Positions 31,461-41,172 of a DNA stretch of 64,000 nucleotides are shown here, one piece after another. The notes beneath the pieces are model-generated. The model was not told where the DNA came from. It searched no databases and saw nothing but the letters and a program-made list of their open reading frames with translations. The stretch comes from Ignavibacteria bacterium. Lineage in GTDB: Bacteria; Bacteroidota; Ignavibacteria; Kapaibacteriales; UBA961. The stretch spans positions 2,210 through 66,209 of the forward strand of contig CANLII010000010.1 of assembly GCA_947491315.1 (NCBI GenBank), read 5' to 3'. Numbering within the stretch: position 1 is the stretch's first letter; each line of letters begins with the position of its first letter. The position numbers and the translations under genes are program-made.

Positions 31461-34400
31461 ATGAGACATAGTGTACTATCACTTTGTGCAAGTGCCATCA
31501 TGGGCTTGGGAGTGTTTTCCGGCACAGTCATCCCCGTGCAATTGCATGCTCAAGGTGTGACGAGTGGTGGAATCACCGGAACTGTCAAAGCCGCAAATGG
31601 CGGAGTTGTTGCTGGTGCCAAAATCATTGCGATTCATATTCCTACAGGTACTCGTTTCGGAGCCAATGCAAAAGCAAATGGGACATTTACAATCAATAAT
31701 GTTCGCGTTGGTGGACCATATACCATCAAGGCGACAGCTGTTGGTTATGGCGAATCTTCATTGTCAGGTCAATTCGTGAAACTCGGACAAAATCTCAAGA
31801 TCACAATGGCATTGTCAGAGAAGGCGGTTGCCACAGATGAAATCACCGTAACCGCTCAAAAAGGAGTATTTGGTGCATCAAGAACCGGTGCTCAAACAAA
31901 TATTTCAAAAGAGCAATTGAATAATTTCCCAACGATTTCTCGTTCTTTCCAGGACTTTGCAAAATTCACTCCGCAAGTTGTGTCAACCGGCGCAGGTGTC
32001 TCAGTTGCAGGAAAAAACAATCGCTATAATAATATCCAGATTGATGGTTCAAATTATACCGATCTCTTTGGTTTGGGTAGTGCCGGAACACCCGGCGGAC
32101 AAGCCAATACAAACCCTGTTTCTCTTGATGCGATTGATGAATTCCAAGTGCTAGTTGCACCATTTGATGTTCGCCAAGGTAGATTCACCGGTGCTGGCAT
32201 AAATGCAATCACAAGATCCGGTACCAATAAATTTGAAGGATCTGCATATTGGTTCACAAGAAATCAGGCAATGATCAGCGATTTGTCCATCACAAGAAAG
32301 AATATCGTTAACAATAATTTGCTTGACCCCGGTACGAAAGATACTACGATCACAACCACATTCAATAATTTCAATGAATTGCAAACAGGCGTGAGATTGG
32401 GTGGACCAATCATTCATGATAAATTATTCTTCTTTGCAAATGCTGAATTCACCTCACGCGTACAACCTGTTGACAATATCTCATTGACTCAAAACTCACG
32501 CGCAAAACAAATTGATTCCATAGCGCAATTGGTGTCATCACATCTTACTTCCAAGTATGGATATAATGCAGGTCAATTGACAGGTTTTGAAATTACTCGT
32601 CCTTCCACAAAAGTATTCGCTCGTTTGGATTGGAATATTGATGATAATAATCGTCTAACATTCAGAAATAATTATGTGAGTGCTTATGATGATAATTATA
32701 GCACCACAGTTACAAGCGCAAGATTTAGTGACAGAAATTATCGCTTTAATAATTCGCAGAATTCCACCGTGCTTGAACTCAACTCTTCATTGGGTGATGG
32801 CATGCACAATGAACTTATCGTTGGCTATACCAGAATTCGTGATTTCCGTGAAGTGACAGGTAAACCATTCTCCGCTATCACTGTGAATGATGTAAGTATG
32901 GGTACAAATGTTGGCGTTCAGTTTGGTTCAGAAGAATTTTCAAATTTCAATAAACTCGATCAGGATGTAATTGAAATCACCAACAATTTCACAATGAATC
33001 TTGGTGATAATCATACATTGACCATCGGCACACAAAATGAGATTTTCTCATTCAGAAATCTCTTCATTCGTGATGCTTATGGGACCTATCGCTTTAATTC
33101 CTATTCTGATTTTGTTGCCGGAAATGCAGCTGCGGTAAGCATGTCATTTGCGCGTCCTGGTTTCCCAACAGATTGGGCGGCTGAATTCGGCGCTATGCAA
33201 CTTGGTGCTTATATTCAGGATGACATTAAGGTATCAGACAATTTCAAAGTAAATGTAGGTTTGCGCGTGGATGTTCCTGTATTCCCTGATGCTCCTTCTT
33301 ATAATACGAAAGCTGAAAATGCATTCGTGAATACAGCTTCTGTTACATATGCAACCAATGGTAATGGTTCCATCAAATATGCCAATGATTCCACAAAAAC
33401 TCTTGGATGGAAAACATCAGAAATGCCACAATCGGCTCTCCTTTTCTCACCAAGAGTCGGCTTCAATTGGGATGTGAATGGCGATCAATCATTGCAAGTG
33501 CGTGGTGGAGCAGGTATTTTCACAGGCCGTGTTCCTTTCGTGTGGATTTCCAATCATTATGGAAATACAGGTGTTGAAATTGCTCGTTTGACATTGAGCA
33601 CAGCAGGCACCGACACCGTACGCTTCAATCCAAATATTGCAAATACACTTTCAGAGAATTTGAAAGACACAACAAAGATTGCTTCTACAACAGAATTGAA
33701 TCTAACCGGTAACAATTTCAAAATGCCTCAAACATTTCGCATGAATTTGGGTCTCGATTATAAGTTACCTGAAGACATCATTATGACTATTGATGGTATG
33801 TACTCAATGAATTTGAATGAGATTGCTTATACAGACTTGAACCTTGGTGAGCGTCGTGACACTACGCAATTTGGTACGACACTTCCTGGTAATCGTGGTG
33901 TATTTGGTATTTATAATGGTCGTAATACAACCGCTCGCTTCCTTGATGGTCGCAAGAATTTCACCAATGTGATTTTGCTTAATAATACAGACATGGGCTA
34001 TTCATATAATATGTCCGTACAATTACAAAAGTCATGGAAATCAGGTCTGGACTTGATGGCGGCTTATACGCATTCAGCTTCTTATGATATCAATTCTGGA
34101 TTGTCATCACAGGCTGTATCACAATGGCGCTTCAATTATATTCAGGATAATCCTAATACTCCTACACTTGCCCGTTCATATTTTGACATTCCACATCGCT
34201 TGATCGCATCAGCGGCATATCGCATTGAACTTGCTCCTGAAGTTGCTTTGAAGGCCTCATTATTCTATGAAGGTCGCTCAGGTCAGCCATTCTCTTATGT
34301 CTATGATGGCGATCTTAACTCCGATGGTCAAACAGGTAATGACTTGATGTATGTGCCAAAAGACAAAAATGACATTGCATTGATTTCCGGAACAGCACGC

Positions 34401-34814
34401 GCAAATGATGCAACATATGATGCACTCGATCGCTATATCACGAATGATGATGGCTTGAATGCTGCCCGTGGTACAATCATTGAACGCAATGCAGCTCGTG
34501 AACCATGGAACAATCGTATGGACTTGCGCATTGCAGCAGACATTCGTAATCCTTTTGCTGATGGACATAATCTCGAAGTATCTCTTGACATCATCAATCT
34601 TGGTTCAAATGCATATCGCTTTGTACCAAATCAGAGCGATGCCATGCTTCGCTTTGAAGGATTGGCTAGAACAGGTAATACATTCGGTGCCAATGGCGCT
34701 GAATTGCCTGTGGGAACTCCAATGTTCAGCTATCGTGACAAAGAGAATCCATATCAATATTCCGATCTCCTTTCACGCATGCAAATGCAATTGGGAATCA
34801 GATATTCATTCTAA
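31461..34814 (+). CDS. TonB-dependent receptor, Oar-like, with N-terminal carboxypeptidase-regulatory domain
   Basis: Signal peptide; INAITRSGTN plug motif; FSPRVGFNWD; C-terminal QLGIRYSF; AAGGAG SD. Confidence 0.92.
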   Translation: MRHSVLSLCASAIMGLGVFSGTVIPVQLHAQGVTSGGITGTVKAANGGVVAGAKIIAIHIPTGTRFGANAKANGTFTINNVRVGGPYTIKATAVGYGESSLSGQFVKLGQNLKITMALSEKAVATDEITVTAQKGVFGASRTGAQTNISKEQLNNFPTISRSFQDFAKFTPQVVSTGAGVSVAGKNNRYNNIQIDGSNYTDLFGLGSAGTPGGQANTNPVSLDAIDEFQVLVAPFDVRQGRFTGAGINAITRSGTNKFEGSAYWFTRNQAMISDLSITRKNIVNNNLLDPGTKDTTITTTFNNFNELQTGVRLGGPIIHDKLFFFANAEFTSRVQPVDNISLTQNSRAKQIDSIAQLVSSHLTSKYGYNAGQLTGFEITRPSTKVFARLDWNIDDNNRLTFRNNYVSAYDDNYSTTVTSARFSDRNYRFNNSQNSTVLELNSSLGDGMHNELIVGYTRIRDFREVTGKPFSAITVNDVSMGTNVGVQFGSEEFSNFNKLDQDVIEITNNFTMNLGDNHTLTIGTQNEIFSFRNLFIRDAYGTYRFNSYSDFVAGNAAAVSMSFARPGFPTDWAAEFGAMQLGAYIQDDIKVSDNFKVNVGLRVDVPVFPDAPSYNTKAENAFVNTASVTYATNGNGSIKYANDSTKTLGWKTSEMPQSALLFSPRVGFNWDVNGDQSLQVRGGAGIFTGRVPFVWISNHYGNTGVEIARLTLSTAGTDTVRFNPNIANTLSENLKDTTKIASTTELNLTGNNFKMPQTFRMNLGLDYKLPEDIIMTIDGMYSMNLNEIAYTDLNLGERRDTTQFGTTLPGNRGVFGIYNGRNTTARFLDGRKNFTNVILLNNTDMGYSYNMSVQLQKSWKSGLDLMAAYTHSASYDINSGLSSQAVSQWRFNYIQDNPNTPTLARSYFDIPHRLIASAAYRIELAPEVALKASLFYEGRSGQPFSYVYDGDLNSDGQTGNDLMYVPKDKNDIALISGTARANDATYDALDRYITNDDGLNAARGTIIERNAAREPWNNRMDLRIAADIRNPFADGHNLEVSLDIINLGSNAYRFVPNQSDAMLRFEGLARTGNTFGANGAELPVGTPMFSYRDKENPYQYSDLLSRMQMQLGIRYSF

Positions 34815-34832
34815 TTGAATATGATCTTGTTC

Positions 34833-34870
34833 AAAACCTCTCATGGGAGTTCTCATGGGAGGTTTTTTTT
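34833..34870 (+). terminator. Intrinsic terminator
   Basis: AAAACCTCTCATGG...TCATGGGAGGTTTTTTTT. Confidence 0.8.
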
Positions 34871-34963
34871 GGCATGGCTATTGTTGTATGATGTTAAACC
34901 GAATATTGACAGGTTTTATCTTAGATTTGCCTATTCTGAATTCTCATTTTAAGGAGTGTGATC

Positions 34964-36268
34964 ATGCGCATCGCAACACTCATCATAAGTTTACTTCTCT
35001 TTTGTGGAAATTCCGCTCACTCCCAAGTGATTGGTCAATATTTCCCGCCCATGAATCCTCAGTCACAATGGGATACTCTTTCCGCTGAAAAGCTTAGTTG
35101 GTGTACAGAAAACTTACCAGCTCTCTATGAGCAATTGGAGAGATCAAATACGAAGGGATATATTCTGTTGTATAAGGGTCGCATCGTCCTGGAAAAATAT
35201 TTCGGAGATTTTGCGAAAGACAGTGTATGGTATTGGGCATCTGCGGGAAAAACTCTGACATCATTTTTGATTGGAAAAGCCCAGGAAGACAAAAAACTCA
35301 GTATCGAAGATCCAACATCTAAATATTTGGGTAATGGCTGGACCGCGATACCAAAAGAGCAGGAAGATAATATCAAAATCAAGCATCAACTCACAATGAC
35401 CACCGGCATAAGTGATGATATTTCCGATTTGGACTGCACAAATGATACATGTCTGCAATACAAGACAGATCCCGGACTTCGGTGGTCATACCACAATGCT
35501 CCCTATACTTTGCTCGAAGAAGTCATTACAAAAGCAACAGGACAAACACTTAATGCATATACTCAAAGCACAATAAAGAATCGCATCGGCATGACAGGCA
35601 TTTGGGTAAAACTGGGGCCAAATAATGTATATCTAAGCACTCCTAGAGCCATGGCACGATTCGGGCATCTCATGCTGAATGATGGTATTTGGAATGGTGA
35701 TACAATCATGAAGGATTCTGAGTATTTCAGAGCCATGATCACGCGATCACAAGTACTCAATCCATCATATGGTTATCTCTGGTGGCTTAATGGTCAAAGC
35801 GGATATATGCTCCCCGGATTTCAGTTCTTTTTCAATGGCAATTTAGCAAAAGAAGCTCCGGAAGATGTGATATCCGGAATGGGAAAAAATGGTCAAATAG
35901 TATCATTCTCAAAACAACATGAACTCGTGATGGTACGCATGGGACAAGCTCCAGATTCACTCGGTTTTGTACCCAATTTCTTCATGAACGATATCTGGAA
36001 ATTAACCATGGATGTGGCTTGCAGAGCGACTTCAGTGGAAGATCAGGGAGAGATGTCTTCATCGATAGCAGTGCATGACAATGTGGTCAGATTCACGAAT
36101 CCCGAGCCAGGTGAGAGAATAATGGTTTTTGACATGACAGGAAAAAAGGTGCACGAACAAATTGATCATGCACCCATTGATATTTCCCATTATTCCACCG
36201 GTATTTATGCTGTAGTGATTTCATCCCAAAAAGGCAGTATCACAGAGCAAATAATCAAGAGGCAATAA
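34964..36268 (+). CDS. Beta-lactamase-family serine hydrolase with T9SS CTD
   Basis: Signal peptide; SAGK (SxxK), YHN, YGYLWW motifs; TGIYAV...IIKR tail. Confidence 0.88.
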   Translation: MRIATLIISLLLFCGNSAHSQVIGQYFPPMNPQSQWDTLSAEKLSWCTENLPALYEQLERSNTKGYILLYKGRIVLEKYFGDFAKDSVWYWASAGKTLTSFLIGKAQEDKKLSIEDPTSKYLGNGWTAIPKEQEDNIKIKHQLTMTTGISDDISDLDCTNDTCLQYKTDPGLRWSYHNAPYTLLEEVITKATGQTLNAYTQSTIKNRIGMTGIWVKLGPNNVYLSTPRAMARFGHLMLNDGIWNGDTIMKDSEYFRAMITRSQVLNPSYGYLWWLNGQSGYMLPGFQFFFNGNLAKEAPEDVISGMGKNGQIVSFSKQHELVMVRMGQAPDSLGFVPNFFMNDIWKLTMDVACRATSVEDQGEMSSSIAVHDNVVRFTNPEPGERIMVFDMTGKKVHEQIDHAPIDISHYSTGIYAVVISSQKGSITEQIIKRQ

Positions 36269-38069
36269 CCAAACTTGGAATTACTATAGACTCGACTTCT
36301 TGAACATATCTCTCGAGTTCTTCAATCATGTCCGGACATTCATATGAGCAATTCTTCAAGAATGCATCATTGATTCCTTTATAGTAAACAATCCCTGACA
36401 GAAGATTTGTTTTGAAAGCATTAAGTGTTCTGAATGTATTTTGATTCAAAGTCAATGCATTTTTGTCTATCTCTTTGCGAAGATATTTCACATAAAGAAC
36501 TAACTCATTAACAAATAGCGATGCTCTTTCTACGGAATTGCGGACATTGGTTCTACCATAGATATGATCTATCATCTCAGCCAATGTGAATGTGCCGGAA
36601 AAATACGCAAGATTGGGTCCGGGACAAATAATCACGCCCTCGGGTTTATGTTGCTTATTGACTATATCATTCTTCAGCAAAGCCGTAGTACCCAAACCTG
36701 TACATAAACATTCCTTCTCGACAATTGCCGAGAATTTCTTTTTATACTCTTCTTCAGGCAAACCTGCTTTGTCCAATTCGTCAATTTTCAAACGCTGATA
36801 CTTGATTGATGCGGTGCAAATTGGCTCAGCAGAAAACTCCGAATTGGAAATAAGTAGCTTTTTCACGCATGGATTTCCAGGCTTTCCTGCAGCAACACGA
36901 TCATCACGCAATTTTTGGGAACCACTTTTTCTAAAATGATTAAATGGAATGCCAAGAGGTGATGCACCACTCAAATAATAATCATCGGGTTCTGCCGTGG
37001 CCAATGAATTGAGCGTGGCTTCATCAACATTCGTTGCCTCGGGAACAAGGAGGAATGGACTTCCCCAGCCGGTTCCATCCAATTCGTAAAATTCCTTGAC
37101 GAACTCTTGCTCATGCGCAGTACCAATACCACCTTGATAGGTGATTCTCTGCATTGGCATTTCTGGGAAAGTATTCTTCCCCAAAGTTTTCAAAGATGCA
37201 TTACAAAGTGTAACTAGTTCTTCACGAAGAGTTTGTCTATTGTCCTTAAATGATTGAAGAATGGGACCACAGAGCAAACCATCTGTTGCAAAAGCATGAC
37301 CACCACAATTCAAACCGGACTCAATGCGGAATTCAGATACCCAAATTCCCTTTTTCGCAAGAATTTTTCCTTGAACAACGGCACTGCGATAATCGCTCAC
37401 TTTGAGAATAACACGCTTTTTGAGCGAACCACATTCCGTTGGATAGAAATCATCAAAAGCGGCAATGTAATTATAGAGTCTTGGATTATATCCAGCAGAA
37501 AATATGATGGAAGAATTCAATGTACTTTGCGCATAACCACGAAGTGCAGTCAATGCATCGGATTGCTCCACAGGCAGTGATCCACCTGTCTTAGCAGCAC
37601 CGAGATTGTCCACCTTAGCCATGATATTCACATCGATATATCCCGGCACTATAGCTGTTCTCAATTCAGCTTCGATAGCAGAACGCTCAGCTGATTCATC
37701 CATCAACAGCATACTGCGATATTTTGCCTTGACAGGCGAGGATTCAGGGAGCAATTCAAAATATTTGACGATTTCTGATCCAAAAACGAATTCTTCATTG
37801 CGAATGGACTCAATTTTCTTCCAGACTAGCTTATCGAGCAAATTACAATATGCCGTAATCCTAGTAGCTCTCGAATCAAATTCTTTTTTGTCAACCGGTA
37901 TGAATTCTAGACCATTCTTCTTGGAATGATGCTCTCTCATCATCTCAAGCAAATCTTCTTCCATTATGGAAACAACAGAAGAAATACCGTAATGCGCAAC
38001 TTTTAGTGGCGTATCTACCGAAAATGATAGTCCCATGACAGGGATGTGGAAATCATGTATATAGTTCAT
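36255..38069 (-). CDS. Hypothetical protein; candidate FMN-dependent TIM-barrel oxidoreductase (FabK/NMO-like)
   Basis: IPVMG, ESGLNCGGH, QGGIGT, GWGSPFLLVPEA motifs plus a Cys-rich C-terminal part; start moved to ATG 38069. Confidence 0.6.
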   Translation of the reverse strand: MNYIHDFHIPVMGLSFSVDTPLKVAHYGISSVVSIMEEDLLEMMREHHSKKNGLEFIPVDKKEFDSRATRITAYCNLLDKLVWKKIESIRNEEFVFGSEIVKYFELLPESSPVKAKYRSMLLMDESAERSAIEAELRTAIVPGYIDVNIMAKVDNLGAAKTGGSLPVEQSDALTALRGYAQSTLNSSIIFSAGYNPRLYNYIAAFDDFYPTECGSLKKRVILKVSDYRSAVVQGKILAKKGIWVSEFRIESGLNCGGHAFATDGLLCGPILQSFKDNRQTLREELVTLCNASLKTLGKNTFPEMPMQRITYQGGIGTAHEQEFVKEFYELDGTGWGSPFLLVPEATNVDEATLNSLATAEPDDYYLSGASPLGIPFNHFRKSGSQKLRDDRVAAGKPGNPCVKKLLISNSEFSAEPICTASIKYQRLKIDELDKAGLPEEEYKKKFSAIVEKECLCTGLGTTALLKNDIVNKQHKPEGVIICPGPNLAYFSGTFTLAEMIDHIYGRTNVRNSVERASLFVNELVLYVKYLRKEIDKNALTLNQNTFRTLNAFKTNLLSGIVYYKGINDAFLKNCSYECPDMIEELERYVQEVESIVIPSLVIAS

Positions 38070-38302
38070 GCATTCATCTTTTTTTTGATTATGCGCATAA
38101 AATACGAAAAATGAAATGAAAGAAATAGTGGAATTTTTGGGGAAATTCCTTTGATTATTGAATAGAAAGGAATATCTGTGAAATTTCGCCATAATTGACC
38201 GAAAGAAACCAAAATGTTCACATGCAAATACTGATTCCCCATCCTGAATCGCCTTTTCAGTAATTTGCAGCCATTCAATCAGTACAATTGAGCTTTGTTG
38301 AC

Positions 38303-38620
38303 ATGGATTGGCTTTTATTATGCTTTGCTGGAGTTTGTGAAATGGGATGGCCCATTGGTATGAAAATGACTCAAGATCCTTCAAAAAGATGGTGGGGCAT
38401 GATTCTTGCAATCGGCTCTATGCTTTTAAGCTTCTCCTTTCTTTGGTTGGCACAGAAAACCATACCGATCAGCACTGCATATATGGTGTGGACTGGAATT
38501 GGAGCGATAGGAACAATGGCGATCGGAATCATCTTTTACAATGATTCCTCGAGTATGTGGCGAATATTATCCGCATTTTTGGTATTAGCCGGAATCGTCG
38601 GCTTAAAACTCAGCAGTTGA
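38303..38620 (+). CDS. SMR-family transporter, Gdx/SugE-like
   Basis: Four TM helices; W-x5-AG-x2-E, TAYMVWTGIG, GIVGLK motifs. Confidence 0.88.
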   Translation: MDWLLLCFAGVCEMGWPIGMKMTQDPSKRWWGMILAIGSMLLSFSFLWLAQKTIPISTAYMVWTGIGAIGTMAIGIIFYNDSSSMWRILSAFLVLAGIVGLKLSS

Positions 38621-38689
38621 TATACTATCGCCCGAAATGAATCGTCATGTTTGGGCACTTACACTAAAAAAAAAACTTACTGTTTATAT

Positions 38690-39811
38690 ATGAAAAGAAA
38701 TCCGAAAAGAGTCTTGGTAGGCATGTCCGGGGGAGTTGATTCCTCGGTAGCCGCATGTCTTTTGCATGAGCAAGGTTATGAAGTGATCGGCATCACTATC
38801 AAGACCTATAGATATGAAGATGTGGGTGGAAATGTCGGTAATGATTCTTCCTGTTGCTCACTTGATGGCATCAATGATGCAAGACGCGTGTGCAATACAC
38901 TTGGGATTCCGCATTATGTAGTTGATTGGTCAGAGCGATTCAAAGAAGAAGTGATCGACTATTTCGTTGAAGATTACCTTGCCGGCAATACTCCCAATCC
39001 TTGCGTCAAATGCAATCGTTTGATCAAATGGGGTCAAATGCTCCTAAAAGCAGATATGCTCGGCGCCGAATGGATTGCCACCGGACATTATGCCAATATC
39101 AGAAAAGATTCTGCAACAGAGAGATATGTTCTCTCAAGGGATTCAGACAATATCAAAGATCAATCCTATGCTTTATGGGGTTTGAAGCAAGAGCATTTAT
39201 CACGCACATTATTTCCACTGTCAGGCTATACAAAAGACCGTTCCAGAGCAGATGCGGAACGATTCGGACTCACGATTGCAAAGAAACCTGAATCGTATGA
39301 AATCTGTTTTATTCCTGATAATGATTATAAACGCTTCATGCGGGACATGGTACCGAATCTTGAAGATAGAGCCGGCAAAGGCGATATTGTCATGGAAGGC
39401 GAAGTGATTGGTTCTCATGAAGGATATCATGGATTTACTGTTGGGCAAAGGAAAGGACTTGGCATTTCACATCCTGAACCACTCTATGTATTGGATGTTC
39501 TTGCCGACACAAATACGGTTTTGGTTGGCACGGAAGAACATTTGCTCTCAAAAGAGCTTGTCGCACATTCAATCAATCTCATCAAGTATGCAGAGATTGA
39601 TGGTACAAAAACCTTTACCGTAAAAATCAGGTATAAAGATGAGGGCGCTCCGGCAGATTGCACGATGCTTCCTGATGGAACATTGCATGTGAATTTCCAC
39701 GAAGACAGAAAGGCCATCACGCCCGGACAATCCATTGTGCTCTATGAAGGCAATGATGTCATCGGCGGTGGAATCATCGATCGCATCAATCAAGAAGAGA
39801 TTAATGCATGA
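38690..39811 (+). CDS. mnmA: tRNA-specific 2-thiouridylase
   Basis: MSGGVDSS, TPNPCVKCN, ATGHY, KDQSY, GQRKGLG, TPGQ motifs. Confidence 0.97.
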   Translation: MKRNPKRVLVGMSGGVDSSVAACLLHEQGYEVIGITIKTYRYEDVGGNVGNDSSCCSLDGINDARRVCNTLGIPHYVVDWSERFKEEVIDYFVEDYLAGNTPNPCVKCNRLIKWGQMLLKADMLGAEWIATGHYANIRKDSATERYVLSRDSDNIKDQSYALWGLKQEHLSRTLFPLSGYTKDRSRADAERFGLTIAKKPESYEICFIPDNDYKRFMRDMVPNLEDRAGKGDIVMEGEVIGSHEGYHGFTVGQRKGLGISHPEPLYVLDVLADTNTVLVGTEEHLLSKELVAHSINLIKYAEIDGTKTFTVKIRYKDEGAPADCTMLPDGTLHVNFHEDRKAITPGQSIVLYEGNDVIGGGIIDRINQEEINA

Positions 39812-41172
39812 TTGATACTTGGAATCATAGGCACATATCCATCATGAAATCATGCCTGATTTTCATCTTTGTTTTTATGCCCATGATTCTCTTTTCTCAA
39901 ATCAGACAAGGGAGCATTCCACAAAAAAAAGTACCAACAATGTTTGTGGATGCCTTATGGTTCAAAACAGATGGTGATTCATTGCCATTTATTGATGTGT
40001 ATGCAACTATTCCTTATGAGGCATTGCAATTTTCTCCTGAGAAACAAGGATTTAGTGCCGCAATCACGATATCATTGTCAATTCGTGATACAACCGGAAA
40101 GAAGATAGCAGAACAATCTATTGATCGCAAGATCTTTGCTGAAACATATGAGCAATCTCGCGGAGCAAATGCTGAATTTAATCATGTGCAATTTCGCGTG
40201 CCCGCAGGATTCGGCTATCACACATGTTTTGTGAATGTTCATGATGCAGTGGCAAATACGGATATCCGTGAAGTGAGAACAATCACCATTCCGAAGTGGT
40301 CAAAACAAGAAAAAGATCATCGCTATCTCTTCAGTTCCATGATGTATGCATCAGCCATTGAAGAAAAAAGTGGCGGTTCGATTGTCATTACACCACATCT
40401 CTCCGACAATGTGGCAGGCCTTATAGATGGTTTTTTCCTCTATGTGGAATTATATCATTTCGGTGCGGTGAACGATGAAGTCATTGGCATTTCCTATACA
40501 ATCAAAGATCAAAAGCAAAAGGAAGTATTTCTGGAATCTGTTCCTATTACTTACTCGTCAGGAAGAGCTGAATCTCAGCATCTGTATATTCCCGTCAAGC
40601 AAATGCCGATATTACGATCCGGAAGCTATGTCATGACCATCATGGCTCATACCATGAAGAATGATTCGATTGATAAAGAACTCACTCGTGTTTCGAGGAC
40701 ACTCACAATCGAAAAAACCATTAGTGGAATTGTCTATCAAGATTTGAAGAAAGCAATCAGACAACTGAGACTCATTGCCTCTCAAGCCGAGATTGATCAT
40801 ATCAATGAAGGCGAAGATGAGGAAACAAAAAGAATGTTGTTTGAAGAATATTGGAAGGGCATTGACCCGGATCCATCCACTTCGCGCAATGAAGCATTCG
40901 AAGAGTATTATGGTCGCATCGACTATGCAAACAAGAATTTCAGATCCTATACGGAAGGTTGGATGACAGATATGGGCATGGTCTATATCATATTTGGTCA
41001 ACCATTTCAGGTTGAACGCTCTCCACGCGGTTCCGATGGTAGAACATTTGCTCGATGGATCTATCAGAATCAAAGACAATTCACTTTTGTGGACAATAGC
41101 GGATTCGAAGATTTTCGACTTACAAGTCCATTTCCCACAGGCATTAAGTACAGATATTCGGGGACACAATAA
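39808..41172 (+). CDS. GWxTD domain protein
   Basis: DPDPST-x-RNE-x3-EYY-x-R-x2-YAN...EGWMTDMG-x-VYI-x-FG motif. Confidence 0.9.
   Translation: MIDTWNHRHISIMKSCLIFIFVFMPMILFSQIRQGSIPQKKVPTMFVDALWFKTDGDSLPFIDVYATIPYEALQFSPEKQGFSAAITISLSIRDTTGKKIAEQSIDRKIFAETYEQSRGANAEFNHVQFRVPAGFGYHTCFVNVHDAVANTDIREVRTITIPKWSKQEKDHRYLFSSMMYASAIEEKSGGSIVITPHLSDNVAGLIDGFFLYVELYHFGAVNDEVIGISYTIKDQKQKEVFLESVPITYSSGRAESQHLYIPVKQMPILRSGSYVMTIMAHTMKNDSIDKELTRVSRTLTIEKTISGIVYQDLKKAIRQLRLIASQAEIDHINEGEDEETKRMLFEEYWKGIDPDPSTSRNEAFEEYYGRIDYANKNFRSYTEGWMTDMGMVYIIFGQPFQVERSPRGSDGRTFARWIYQNQRQFTFVDNSGFEDFRLTSPFPTGIKYRYSGTQ

Noticed and set aside
38070-38302. Guanidine or fluoride riboswitch upstream of the SMR transporter
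   Set aside because: No paired ACGR-loop hairpins or ykkC core visible. TTCGCCATAA resembles the fluoride motif but the required upstream GGCGATG partner is missing.
38070-38411. N-terminal extensions in the ORF track (also recJ to 52895, glgA to 23136, 23164-23316, 56708-56830, 60684-60764)
   Set aside because: Extensions overlap divergent genes or promoters and lack family similarity; downstream starts match the family N-termini or signal peptides.
40612-41169. 185-aa antisense ORF (and similar shadows such as 577-987, 4423-4863, 10739-11167, 15519-15956)
   Set aside because: Fully antisense to well-supported genes, with no recognisable motifs.
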